Below are positions 19,365 through 28,106 of a DNA stretch of 44,669 nt, one piece after another (position 1 is the first letter of the stretch; the number at the start of each line of letters is the position of its first letter). The notes under the pieces were generated by a model, which saw nothing but the letters and a program-made list of their open reading frames with translations, was not told the DNA's origin and did no database searches. The stretch spans positions 1 to 44,669 of the forward strand of contig QMPQ01000003.1 in the NCBI GenBank assembly GCA_003648635.1. Reading direction: 5' to 3'. The position numbers and the translations under genes are program-made. The DNA is from Bacteroidota bacterium. GTDB lineage: Bacteria > Bacteroidota > Bacteroidia > Bacteroidales > GCA-2748055.

Positions 19365-19844
19365 ATGAAAAACAGGAACGAAAGATTAATGGAGATTCGA
19401 AGGCTCATTGGAAGCAAGAATATATCCAGTCAGGATGAGTTGAACAAGCTTCTTGAGAAGCAGGGCTACGCTTTGACCCAGGCTACCCTTTCCAGGGACC
19501 TGAAGTACCTGAAAGTAGCCAAAATGCCCGATGACAAGGCAGGCTATGTTTACATCCTGCCCGATAAGGAGCAGGTGGTGGAAGAGACAGATCTATCAGG
19601 TCAGGGCTTAAGCGGACTAATCTCTATTGATTTTGCCCAGGGGATGGCTATACTAAGAACACTTCCGGGACATGCCAGTAGTATTGCATACACCCTCGAT
19701 AACCTGGATGCCTATGAGATAGCCGGGACCATTGCCGGGGACGATACGATCCTACTGATCCCACGTGATGGTGTTACCCGTTCGGACCTTGTAAACCTTT
19801 TAAAAATAAGAATGCCAGGTCTCATACAGGAGCCTGTACATTAA
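19365..19844 (+). CDS. argR: Arginine repressor
   Basis: SSQDEL, TQATLSRDL (winged HTH) and IAGTIAGDDT (arginine-binding). ATG at 19365. Confidence 0.96.
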   Translation: MKNRNERLMEIRRLIGSKNISSQDELNKLLEKQGYALTQATLSRDLKYLKVAKMPDDKAGYVYILPDKEQVVEETDLSGQGLSGLISIDFAQGMAILRTLPGHASSIAYTLDNLDAYEIAGTIAGDDTILLIPRDGVTRSDLVNLLKIRMPGLIQEPVH

Positions 19845-19865
19845 GCCAATTATATAATACGAATT

Positions 19866-20465
19866 ATGGTTCAGAATATAGAGATTAGCATTGCGTCAAA
19901 GGCGCATCTTGCTTATATCCCGGAAATTGAGGAGGCCTTATACAAGGCTTCCCTTCAGAAGGGAACCGGAATAGCTGTAAGAAGCCAGGAATACCTCCAG
20001 GGGAAAATTGAAGAGGGAAAGGCTGTGATAGCCCTTGGAAATGAAGGGAAGTGGGCAGGCTTCTGCTACATTGAGTCGTGGGGGCACAATAAATTTGTGG
20101 CTAATAGTGGATTGATTGTCTCCTCCGGATTCAGGGGAGCCGGATTGGCCAGTGAGATTAAGAAGCGCGCCCTGGAACTATCGGCCCGGCTTTTTCCCGG
20201 AGCCCAACTTTTCGGACTTACCACCAGTCTGGCAGTAATGAAGATCAATAGCGGACTGGGTTACAAACCGGTAACCTTTTCCCAGTTGACCGATGATGAT
20301 GAGTTCTGGAAAGGCTGCGAAACCTGTCCCTACTATGATATCCTGGTTAGAACAAAAAGAGACGACTGCCTCTGTACGGCCATGATCATGGATCCTGCAG
20401 AGAAACTTAAGGTAAATGGTGAAGCAAAAACTAAGGGAATAAAAGTGAAAATTAATCATACCTGA
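19866..20465 (+). CDS. argA: GNAT-family N-acylglutamate synthase, Bacteroidota ArgA type
   Basis: GTGIAVRS, AGFCYIESW, FVANSGLIV, FRGAGLA, LTTSLAVMKINS and FWKGCETC...CLCTAM. Located between argR and argG as in Bacteroides. Acetyl versus succinyl specificity cannot be read from the sequence. Confidence 0.8.
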   Translation: MVQNIEISIASKAHLAYIPEIEEALYKASLQKGTGIAVRSQEYLQGKIEEGKAVIALGNEGKWAGFCYIESWGHNKFVANSGLIVSSGFRGAGLASEIKKRALELSARLFPGAQLFGLTTSLAVMKINSGLGYKPVTFSQLTDDDEFWKGCETCPYYDILVRTKRDDCLCTAMIMDPAEKLKVNGEAKTKGIKVKINHT

Positions 20466-20475
20466 TCAAAGCAAT

Positions 20476-21681
20476 ATGGAGAAGAAAAAAGTACTACTGG
20501 CTTTCAGTGGCGGACTCGACACCACTTTCTGCGCGGTCCATCTGGCGAAAGAGCACAACATGGAGGTACACTCAGCCATAGTAAATACCGGGGGATTTTC
20601 TGCTGGGGAGCTGGATCAGATTGCCTTGCATGCAAAATCACTGGGGACCAAATCGCATCAGGTATTGAATGTGACTGCCGATTACTATTTGCGTTGTATC
20701 CGCTACATGATATTTGGAAATACCCTTAGAAACAGGAGTTATCCTCTTTCGGTAAGTTCAGAACGAACCTTTCAGGCTCTTGCCCTGGTAGAATATGCCA
20801 GGAAAAATGGCTTTACCTGCATTGCTCATGGATCCACAGCTGCAGGAAATGACCAGGTGCGTTTTGATCTGGTGATCCAGGTACTTGCTCCCGAAATCGA
20901 GATCATTACCCCTATAAGGGATCTGAAAATATCACGGGAAGATGAGATTGAATATCTGAAAAAGGCAGGGATCGAAATGAACTGGAGCAAAGTAGAGTAC
21001 TCCATCAACAAGGGAATCTGGGGAACCAGTGTGGGAGGAAAGGAGACACTTAGCTCTTCGGATGAACTGCCATCAGAAGCCTATCCCACAGCTATGGAAA
21101 AAACGGGTTCTGAAACTGTCAGTATTGGCTTTGACCAGGGCGAGCCTGTGAGCCTCAACGGCCAGAACCTGGAGCCCATTGTAGTTATTCGCGAGCTTGA
21201 GAAGATGGCTGCTCCCTGGGGTGTAGGACGGGATGTACATGTGGGTGATACTATTATCGGAATCAAGGGACGGGTGGGATTCGAGGCTGCTGCAGCCCGG
21301 ATGATTATTGATGCACACCTGGCACTTGAAAAGCATGTGCTTACCCGCTGGCAACTGCACTGGAAGGAGCAGATCGGTCAGTGGTATGGCATGTTTGTAC
21401 ATGAGGCTCAATACCTGGAACCAGTAATGCGCGATCTGGAGGCCTTTCTGGAATCATCCCAAAAAAACGTCTCTGGAGTGGTAAGTCTCAGGATGCGGCC
21501 ATACACTTTTTCAGTAACAGGGGTAGAAAGCCCATACGACTTAATGAATGCCTCCTTCGGCTCCTATGGGGAGATGAACAGAGCCTGGACGGCCGAAGAG
21601 GTCAATGGTTTTACGAGGATATTAGGAAATCAGCAGCGTATCTGGTATGATCTAAATGGAACAGGAGATCTGATAGAATAA
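20476..21681 (+). CDS. argG: Argininosuccinate synthase
   Basis: LAFSGGLDTT, AHGSTAAGNDQVRF and IIGIKGRVGFE motifs. Confidence 0.97.
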   Translation: MEKKKVLLAFSGGLDTTFCAVHLAKEHNMEVHSAIVNTGGFSAGELDQIALHAKSLGTKSHQVLNVTADYYLRCIRYMIFGNTLRNRSYPLSVSSERTFQALALVEYARKNGFTCIAHGSTAAGNDQVRFDLVIQVLAPEIEIITPIRDLKISREDEIEYLKKAGIEMNWSKVEYSINKGIWGTSVGGKETLSSSDELPSEAYPTAMEKTGSETVSIGFDQGEPVSLNGQNLEPIVVIRELEKMAAPWGVGRDVHVGDTIIGIKGRVGFEAAAARMIIDAHLALEKHVLTRWQLHWKEQIGQWYGMFVHEAQYLEPVMRDLEAFLESSQKNVSGVVSLRMRPYTFSVTGVESPYDLMNASFGSYGEMNRAWTAEEVNGFTRILGNQQRIWYDLNGTGDLIE

Positions 21682-21705
21682 TACAGGAAAAAAAATGAGA
21701 ATAAG

Positions 21706-22494
21706 ATGAAAAAAATAGGAATCATAGGTGCAGGAAACATTGGAATGGCCATTGCGAAGGGCCTTGTATCGCAAAAAGTTATTGAGCCTTCGCAGATGTT
21801 TCTTTCCCGCAGACGGAATGGATTGTTAGCAGAGCAGGAGAAAGAGGGCTTTTCCATTTCGGATAACCATTCCCTGGTTAAGGAATGTGAGGTAATAATT
21901 CTGGCAGTTTTGCCCGGACAGGCCAAGGAAGTCCTAAGGGACCTGAAACCGCTATTGAAGGACCAGAAAAAACTTCTGGTGAGTATTGTTTCTGCCGTAA
22001 GTATCAGGGAGTTAAAAGAGTGGACTGGAAGTCAGACCGAGGTGGTCCGGATTATGCCCAATACCGCCTCAGAGTATGGAGCAAGTATGACCTGCATAGC
22101 AGGGGAAGATGAGCAAGCTGTGAATCAGGTAAAATCTTTGTTTGATCCACTAGGTCAGACCATGGTTATTAAGGAGCAACTGATGCCTGCGGCCACTATT
22201 CTGGCAGCCTGTGGGATTGCTTTTTTTCTGCGTTTTATCAGAGCGGTCTCCCAAGGGGGGATCCAGATTGGTTTTCATGCTGAAGAAGCTGGAAAAATTG
22301 CAGCACAGACAGCTATGGGTGCTGCCCTACTCTTAATGCAAACTGAGAACCATCCTGAAACAGAAATAGACCGGGTGACCACCCCCATGGGATGCACCAT
22401 TTCCGGATTAAACGAGATGGAGCACTTTGGCTTGAGTTCGGCTATGATCAAGGGCATTGTCAAATCTTATTCGGAGATCAGTGATTTGAAATGA
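21706..22494 (+). CDS. proC: Pyrroline-5-carboxylate reductase
   Basis: Rossmann GIIGAGNIG, VRIMPNT, AAQTAMGA and VTTPMGCTISGL motifs. Confidence 0.93.
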   Translation: MKKIGIIGAGNIGMAIAKGLVSQKVIEPSQMFLSRRRNGLLAEQEKEGFSISDNHSLVKECEVIILAVLPGQAKEVLRDLKPLLKDQKKLLVSIVSAVSIRELKEWTGSQTEVVRIMPNTASEYGASMTCIAGEDEQAVNQVKSLFDPLGQTMVIKEQLMPAATILAACGIAFFLRFIRAVSQGGIQIGFHAEEAGKIAAQTAMGAALLLMQTENHPETEIDRVTTPMGCTISGLNEMEHFGLSSAMIKGIVKSYSEISDLK

Positions 22495-23540
22495 GCGAAA
22501 AGATTGCATATACTGAGCTATTGTTGGAGATGCTCTCCATTCCTGCAGTAAGCAGAGAGGAGGAGCAACGTGCCGATTTTCTGGAAGCATGCATGAAGGG
22601 CAGGGGATGGCCTCTTAAGCGCATACATAACAACCTGCTGGTGGGTGATCCGGAAGCGCAAGGAGTATCGGTACTCTTAAATTCACATATGGATACGGTT
22701 CCTCCTGTAAGAGGTTGGGAGTCGGACCCCTTCAGTCCCCGGGTTGAAGGGGATAAGATTGTGGGGCTGGGAAGCAATGATGCAGGGGCCTCGGTAGTAA
22801 GCATGCTGACTACCTATGATCAAATGAGAGATAAGCTGGAGGGGCGCATAAATCTGATGTTACTGATCAGCGCTGAAGAGGAGGTGTCGGGTTCCAGGGG
22901 GATAAGCTCTGTTTTGCCTATGCTTGGGAATGTGAAAGCGGTGATAGTGGGAGAGCCTACAGGGATGTCTCCTGCGGTGGCCGAACGTGGATTAATGGTC
23001 CTGGACGGGGAGATACAGGGGAAGGCAGGTCATGCAGCAAGAAATGAAGGAATAAATGCCATTTATGAAGCCATGAAAGATATGGCAGCCATTGCAGAGC
23101 TGGAGTTTGACAAAGGGTCAGAATGGCTTCCCGAACCCTCCGCACAGGTGACCATGATTTCGGCAGGCACCGGCCACAATGTGGTTCCGGATCTGTGCTC
23201 TTATGTTGTGGATGTAAGAAGTAATGACCAGTACGGGAATGAGCGATTGCTGGCTTTGATTCGTTCGGTATGCAATGCAATGCTCATACCGCGCTCAACC
23301 AGGCTGCATTCATCGGGTTTGGATCCTGAGCACTTCTTAATGAAGACCATCCATACAGCCGGACTGGATCCTTTTGGTTCATCAACCCTGTCAGATATGG
23401 CCCTGATTCCTTTTCCTGCAATAAAGATGGGCCCGGGGGAATCCTCTCGATCCCACACGGCGGGTGAGTTTATCAGAATAAGTGAGTTGGAACAGGGGGT
23501 GGAAACTTATTGTAGCTTCCTGGAACATATGGAAGTATAA
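22491..23540 (+). CDS. argE: M20 metallohydrolase, ArgE type (N-acylornithine/N-acylcitrulline deacylase)
   Basis: NSHMDTV, GLGSNDAG, AEEE, VGEPT, GHAA and SHTAGE motifs, in arg operon context. Confidence 0.85.
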   Translation: MSEKIAYTELLLEMLSIPAVSREEEQRADFLEACMKGRGWPLKRIHNNLLVGDPEAQGVSVLLNSHMDTVPPVRGWESDPFSPRVEGDKIVGLGSNDAGASVVSMLTTYDQMRDKLEGRINLMLLISAEEEVSGSRGISSVLPMLGNVKAVIVGEPTGMSPAVAERGLMVLDGEIQGKAGHAARNEGINAIYEAMKDMAAIAELEFDKGSEWLPEPSAQVTMISAGTGHNVVPDLCSYVVDVRSNDQYGNERLLALIRSVCNAMLIPRSTRLHSSGLDPEHFLMKTIHTAGLDPFGSSTLSDMALIPFPAIKMGPGESSRSHTAGEFIRISELEQGVETYCSFLEHMEV

Positions 23541-23545
23541 GAAAA

Positions 23546-24901
23546 ATGAAAACAATGAAACTTTGGGATAAAGAGATATCGACTGAACAAGGCATACTGG
23601 CATTTACCACAGGCAAAGATCCGCTCTATGATCTTGATCTTGCATCCTACGATGTGCTTGGGTCCATGGCACATACCATTATGCTTGCCGAAACGGGTCT
23701 TCTGGAGAAAGATGAGGCTGCACAACTTCTGCTTGAATTGGAGCAGCTCCACAGCGAAGCTATGGAGGGAAAATTGGTATTGGAACCCGGAGTGGAGGAT
23801 ATTCATTCTCAGGTGGAAATGGTCCTGACCAGGAAATTGGGCGACGTGGGCAAGAAGATTCATACGGGCCGTTCAAGAAACGATCAGGTCATGGTCGATA
23901 TAAAGCTTTTCTTACGAGATGAAATCAAGGAAGTAGCTGGGCGTACCATGAATCTGGCCGAATTGTTACTGAAACAGGCAACTACACATCGGGATGTTCT
24001 TATGCCAGGCTATACCCATATGCAGGTGGCCATGCCTTCCTCCTTCGGACTCTGGTTCGGAGGCTATGCAGAGTCCCTGTCCGATGATCTGACCTATCTA
24101 CAGGGCATACATGCGATTGTCAACCAGAATCCCCTTGGATCAGCTGCAGGCTTTGGTTCCTCCTTCCCGGTTGACAGGGAACTGACTACGCGCTTGCTTT
24201 CTTTTGACAACTTGCATATCAGCTCTGTCAATGCGCAGATGAATCGCGGAAAGACAGAATGGTATGTAGGTACCGGAATCGGTGCTATTGCTTCAAGCAT
24301 TGCCCGGCTGGCCATGGATGCTGTGTTGTTTATGGGACAGAACTATCGCTTTATTTCTCTTCCTCCGGAATTGACCACCGGCTCCTCTATTATGCCACAT
24401 AAAAAGAATCCCGATGTGCTGGAACTAATCCGGGCGAAGTGCAATCGCCTGACAATGGTGGCTTCTGAAGTGTCGGCAGTCACAGGAAACCTGATCTCGG
24501 GCTACCATCGTGATTTCCAGTTGCTGAAAGAGATTCTTCATCCAGCACTGGAAGAGTTAAATATTTGCCTGGAGATGATGCAATATGTGGTGGAGCATAT
24601 GGAGGTCAAGCAGGACATTCTGAATGATGATACCTACCAATATATCTACTCGGTTGAGGAAGTAAATCTTAAAGTACAGGCAGGCGTTCCCTTCAGGGAT
24701 GCCTACCGCGAGGTGGCATCTGAAATAGACAGGGGCCATTACAGGCCCGGCCGGGATCATACCTATACCCACCTTGGGAGTATTGGTAATCCCGGATTGG
24801 CAGAGATCGAAGAGAAACTCCAGAAGGCTTATGGCGGTTTTCGTTTCGTAAACAGTACAGAGCTTGTTAACAAAATGCGTAACTATTTCGAAAAGTCATG
24901 A
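23546..24901 (+). CDS. argH: Argininosuccinate lyase
   Basis: EDIHSQVE, IHTGRSRNDQV, MPGYTHMQ and TGSSIMPHKKNPD motifs. Confidence 0.97.
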   Translation: MKTMKLWDKEISTEQGILAFTTGKDPLYDLDLASYDVLGSMAHTIMLAETGLLEKDEAAQLLLELEQLHSEAMEGKLVLEPGVEDIHSQVEMVLTRKLGDVGKKIHTGRSRNDQVMVDIKLFLRDEIKEVAGRTMNLAELLLKQATTHRDVLMPGYTHMQVAMPSSFGLWFGGYAESLSDDLTYLQGIHAIVNQNPLGSAAGFGSSFPVDRELTTRLLSFDNLHISSVNAQMNRGKTEWYVGTGIGAIASSIARLAMDAVLFMGQNYRFISLPPELTTGSSIMPHKKNPDVLELIRAKCNRLTMVASEVSAVTGNLISGYHRDFQLLKEILHPALEELNICLEMMQYVVEHMEVKQDILNDDTYQYIYSVEEVNLKVQAGVPFRDAYREVASEIDRGHYRPGRDHTYTHLGSIGNPGLAEIEEKLQKAYGGFRFVNSTELVNKMRNYFEKS

Positions 24902-25710
24902 CACACAGAAAATATTTAAAGAATAAAAAGAAGATAGTGGTAAAGGTCGGTACCAGTCTGCTGGCCTATGAGAATGGAAAAATTAACCTGCAACGAATGG
25001 AAAAGCTGGTAAGGGTCCTGGCCGATCTGAGCAATAGTGGCAAAGAAGTGGTTTTGGTCTCCTCTGGAGCAGTTGGTGTTGGTGCGGGTATGATTGGTCT
25101 TGACAACAAACCGGACAAGCTGGTCATGAAACAGGCTCTCGCTGCCATCGGGCAGGTTGGATTAATCAGGTTGTATCAGAAATTTTTCGATGAATACAAT
25201 TTTACAGTGGCCCAGGTGCTCCTGACACGCGATGGGATTGAGAACAGCCTGCGCAGGAAAAATGCAAGGAACACCCTGAACCAACTTATCGAAATGGGAA
25301 TTGTCCCGGTGGTTAATGAGAATGATACGGTTATTACTGATGAGATTGAATTCGGGGATAACGATACCCTTTCTGCGGCAGTTGCAACCCTGATCCAGGC
25401 CGATCTGCTTCTGATTCTTACCGATACCGATGGAGTATTTACAGCCGATCCGCATATTCACGTATCGGCCCGGAAGGTGCCCAAGGTGATGAAGGCCAGT
25501 GATGATCTCAAAGATGTGGATTTAAGGGGATCCTCAAAGATGGGATCCGGTGGAATGGTCTCCAAGATTGCAGCAGCTGAGCTCTGTCGTGAACACAATG
25601 TGGATGTTGTTATTGCCAATGGTGCAGATCCTGCAACTATTATGGACGTGCTTGATGGAAAGGACCTTGGAACATTCTTTGTATCAGATGCCACCCAGAT
25701 GGCAGGATAG
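24898..25710 (+). CDS. proB: Glutamate 5-kinase (no PUA domain)
   Basis: VVKVGTS, VSSGAVGVG, KQALAAIGQ, NENDTV, FGDNDTLSA and GSGGMVSKI motifs. 270 aa. Confidence 0.96.
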   Translation: MTHRKYLKNKKKIVVKVGTSLLAYENGKINLQRMEKLVRVLADLSNSGKEVVLVSSGAVGVGAGMIGLDNKPDKLVMKQALAAIGQVGLIRLYQKFFDEYNFTVAQVLLTRDGIENSLRRKNARNTLNQLIEMGIVPVVNENDTVITDEIEFGDNDTLSAAVATLIQADLLLILTDTDGVFTADPHIHVSARKVPKVMKASDDLKDVDLRGSSKMGSGGMVSKIAAAELCREHNVDVVIANGADPATIMDVLDGKDLGTFFVSDATQMAG

Positions 25711-25749
25711 TAGTGCTTAGTGTGATAGTGCCTGGTAAAACTTAAGAAC

Positions 25750-26994
25750 ATGAACGAATTAACTGAGATAGGGAAGAGAGCAAAAGAGGCTTCAAAACAG
25801 CTGGCCCACCTGAATACAGACCAGAAAAACCAGGTTTTACTTCTGGCGGCTGAGTTATTGGAGAGATCCATTCCAGACCTACTTGAAGCCAATGCGGCCG
25901 ATCTGAAGCAGGGAGAGGATATGGGATTGAAAGGGGCTATCGTGGAGCGTCTAAGCCTGACGGATGACAGGATCAGAGGGATTGCGGAAGGCTTGCGTGA
26001 GATTGTGCAGCTGGAGGATCCCATTGGAGAGATAGAGGAAATGAAAAAAAGGCCCAATGGGCTCTTGATCGGAAAGAAAAGGGTGCCTTTGGGAGTGGTG
26101 GGAGTGATCTATGAATCGCGGCCCAATGTTACCGCTGATGTGGCCGGACTATGTATTAAAACCGGGAATGTATGTGTGCTCCGTGGAGGAAAAGAGGCTT
26201 TCCATTCGAATAATGCCCTTGTAAAAATTTTCCACAAGGCCATTTTTGAATGTGGCCTGGATCCTCATATGGTACAGCTGGTGCAGGACACCTCCCGGGA
26301 AAGTGCCATCGCCATGATGAAGCTAAATGCCTACCTGGATATACTGATCCCCCGCGGAGGAGCCGGACTGATACAGGCGGTGGTACAGAACAGTACCGTT
26401 CCGGTGATTGAAACCGGGGTGGGTAATTGTCATATCTACGTGGATGAGGCGGCCGATCTGGAGAAGGCAGTGGCCATTGTATACAATGCCAAAACCCACC
26501 GCCCCGGAGTTTGCAATGCAGCTGAAAGTCTGCTCATACATAAAAAAGTGGCCGTTGAGGTCTTGCCCGACATTGGCAAAGCACTTAAGGAGGGAAAGGT
26601 GGAGATTAGGGGTGATCGATGGACCTGTGAACTGGTCCCCGATGCTACTTCTGCCACCGAAGAGGATTGGTCTACCGAATACCTCGACCTGATAATCTCT
26701 TCAAAAGTTGTGGGATCGGTGGAGGAGGCGGTGGATCATATAAACCGCTATGGATCGATGCATTCGGAAAGTATTATCACAGAGAACTACAGTCATGCGC
26801 AGTACTTTCTTGATCGGGTGGATGCGGCAGCAGTCTATGTGAATGCTTCCACCAGGTTCACAGATGGATTTGAGTTTGGCTATGGGGCCGAGATCGGGAT
26901 CAGTACCCAGAAGTTACATGCCCGTGGTCCCATGGGACTTAAAGAACTCACCACCAGCAAGTATATCATTTATGGTTCGGGTCAGACCCGCTAA
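25750..26994 (+). CDS. proA: Gamma-glutamyl phosphate reductase
   Basis: PLGVVGVIYESRPNVT, IPRGGAGLI, GVGNCH, catalytic VCNAAE and NASTRFTDG...GAEIGISTQKLHARGP. Confidence 0.97.
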   Translation: MNELTEIGKRAKEASKQLAHLNTDQKNQVLLLAAELLERSIPDLLEANAADLKQGEDMGLKGAIVERLSLTDDRIRGIAEGLREIVQLEDPIGEIEEMKKRPNGLLIGKKRVPLGVVGVIYESRPNVTADVAGLCIKTGNVCVLRGGKEAFHSNNALVKIFHKAIFECGLDPHMVQLVQDTSRESAIAMMKLNAYLDILIPRGGAGLIQAVVQNSTVPVIETGVGNCHIYVDEAADLEKAVAIVYNAKTHRPGVCNAAESLLIHKKVAVEVLPDIGKALKEGKVEIRGDRWTCELVPDATSATEEDWSTEYLDLIISSKVVGSVEEAVDHINRYGSMHSESIITENYSHAQYFLDRVDAAAVYVNASTRFTDGFEFGYGAEIGISTQKLHARGPMGLKELTTSKYIIYGSGQTR

Positions 26995-27017
26995 AATCAC
27001 AATCCGCAGAGAAATAT

Positions 27018-28106
27018 CTATTGGTCCCCTCTGTGTTTTTTGATGTTATCAATAAATACATCAAAGAGATGAGCTGTATCGGTAGGTCCGCCCGAAGCTT
27101 CTGGATGGAACTGTGTGGAGAAGAAAGGCTTTGACAGGTGCTTCATTCCCTCGTTGGTATCATCATTCAGATTAATAAAGAGGGGCTCCCATCCTTTGGG
27201 CAGGGTTAGGTTGTCAATGGCAAAGCCATGATTCTGTGAAGTGATATAGGCTTTGTCCGTTCCCACTTCCAGTACGGGCTGGTTGTGACTGCGGTGTCCG
27301 TATTTCAGTTTATAGGTATCGCCACCTGCAGCGAGAGCCATCAACTGGTTCCCCAGACAGATCCCAAAAATGGGGGTTTCCGACTGGTAGGCTTTGGCCA
27401 GGCTGTCAATGGTAATGCTACATTGCTTGGGGTCTCCCGGACCATTGGAGATAAAGAGGCCATCATACTCCTCTTTGCTTATATCGTGGTCCCAGGGTAC
27501 CCGGATAACTGTAGTATCCCGATTCAGCAGGTAGCGGATAATGTTATACTTCACCCCACAGTCAAGCAGCAGGATCCTGTACTTCCCATTCCCATAAATC
27601 TTCTTTTCACCTATACTGACCTGCGCCACCAGGTTCTCCAGGTTGGGATTGTAGCTTTCAGGCTCTTTATCATCAAGTACGATCTTCCCCAGCATGGATC
27701 CTTTCTCCCTCAGCAGTTTGGTGATCATTCGGGTGTCCACATCAAAAATCCCAGGTATCTTATGTTGTTTTAGCCAGTCGCCCAGGCTTTGCTCTGCATT
27801 CCAGTGGGAATATTCAGCGGAATAATCTGAGATTACCAGGGCTGAGATATGAAGCTGGTCCGATTCAAAAAACTTGAAGAGGTCATTTTCCGAATCTTCG
27901 CGGGGAACGCCGTAATTACCCACCAGTGGATAGGTAAGCACCAGGACCTGTCCTTTATAAGAGGGATCGGTGAGACTTTCAGGATATCCGGTCATGGCCG
28001 TATTGAAAACCACCTCTCCGGCGATGCTTCCTTCATAAGCAAAAGATTTGCCATGAAATGTGGATCCATCCTCCAGGATCAGTTTGATTGCTTTGAACTT
28101 CATCAT
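27018..28106 (-). CDS. carA: Carbamoyl-phosphate synthase small (glutaminase) subunit
   Basis: GEVVFNTAMTGYPESLTDPSY, SNGPGDP, GICLGNQ (catalytic Cys), SQNHG and QFHPE motifs. Confidence 0.97.
   Translation of the reverse strand: MMKFKAIKLILEDGSTFHGKSFAYEGSIAGEVVFNTAMTGYPESLTDPSYKGQVLVLTYPLVGNYGVPREDSENDLFKFFESDQLHISALVISDYSAEYSHWNAEQSLGDWLKQHKIPGIFDVDTRMITKLLREKGSMLGKIVLDDKEPESYNPNLENLVAQVSIGEKKIYGNGKYRILLLDCGVKYNIIRYLLNRDTTVIRVPWDHDISKEEYDGLFISNGPGDPKQCSITIDSLAKAYQSETPIFGICLGNQLMALAAGGDTYKLKYGHRSHNQPVLEVGTDKAYITSQNHGFAIDNLTLPKGWEPLFINLNDDTNEGMKHLSKPFFSTQFHPEASGGPTDTAHLFDVFIDNIKKHRGDQ

Noticed and set aside
25458-26057. 199-aa minus-strand ORF across proB/proA, and similar 100-170-aa antisense ORFs (1083-1565, 12475-12966, 27285-27773, 38632-39147)
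   Set aside because: Ser/Phe/Ile-rich mirror translations of confidently assigned genes, with no independent signals.
19256-27017. Arg/pro block as a mobile element (weak TTTTTTTGCGG versus CCGCAGAGAAA inverted match at the flanks)
   Set aside because: The match is short and low complexity, with no transposase, integrase or target-site duplication.
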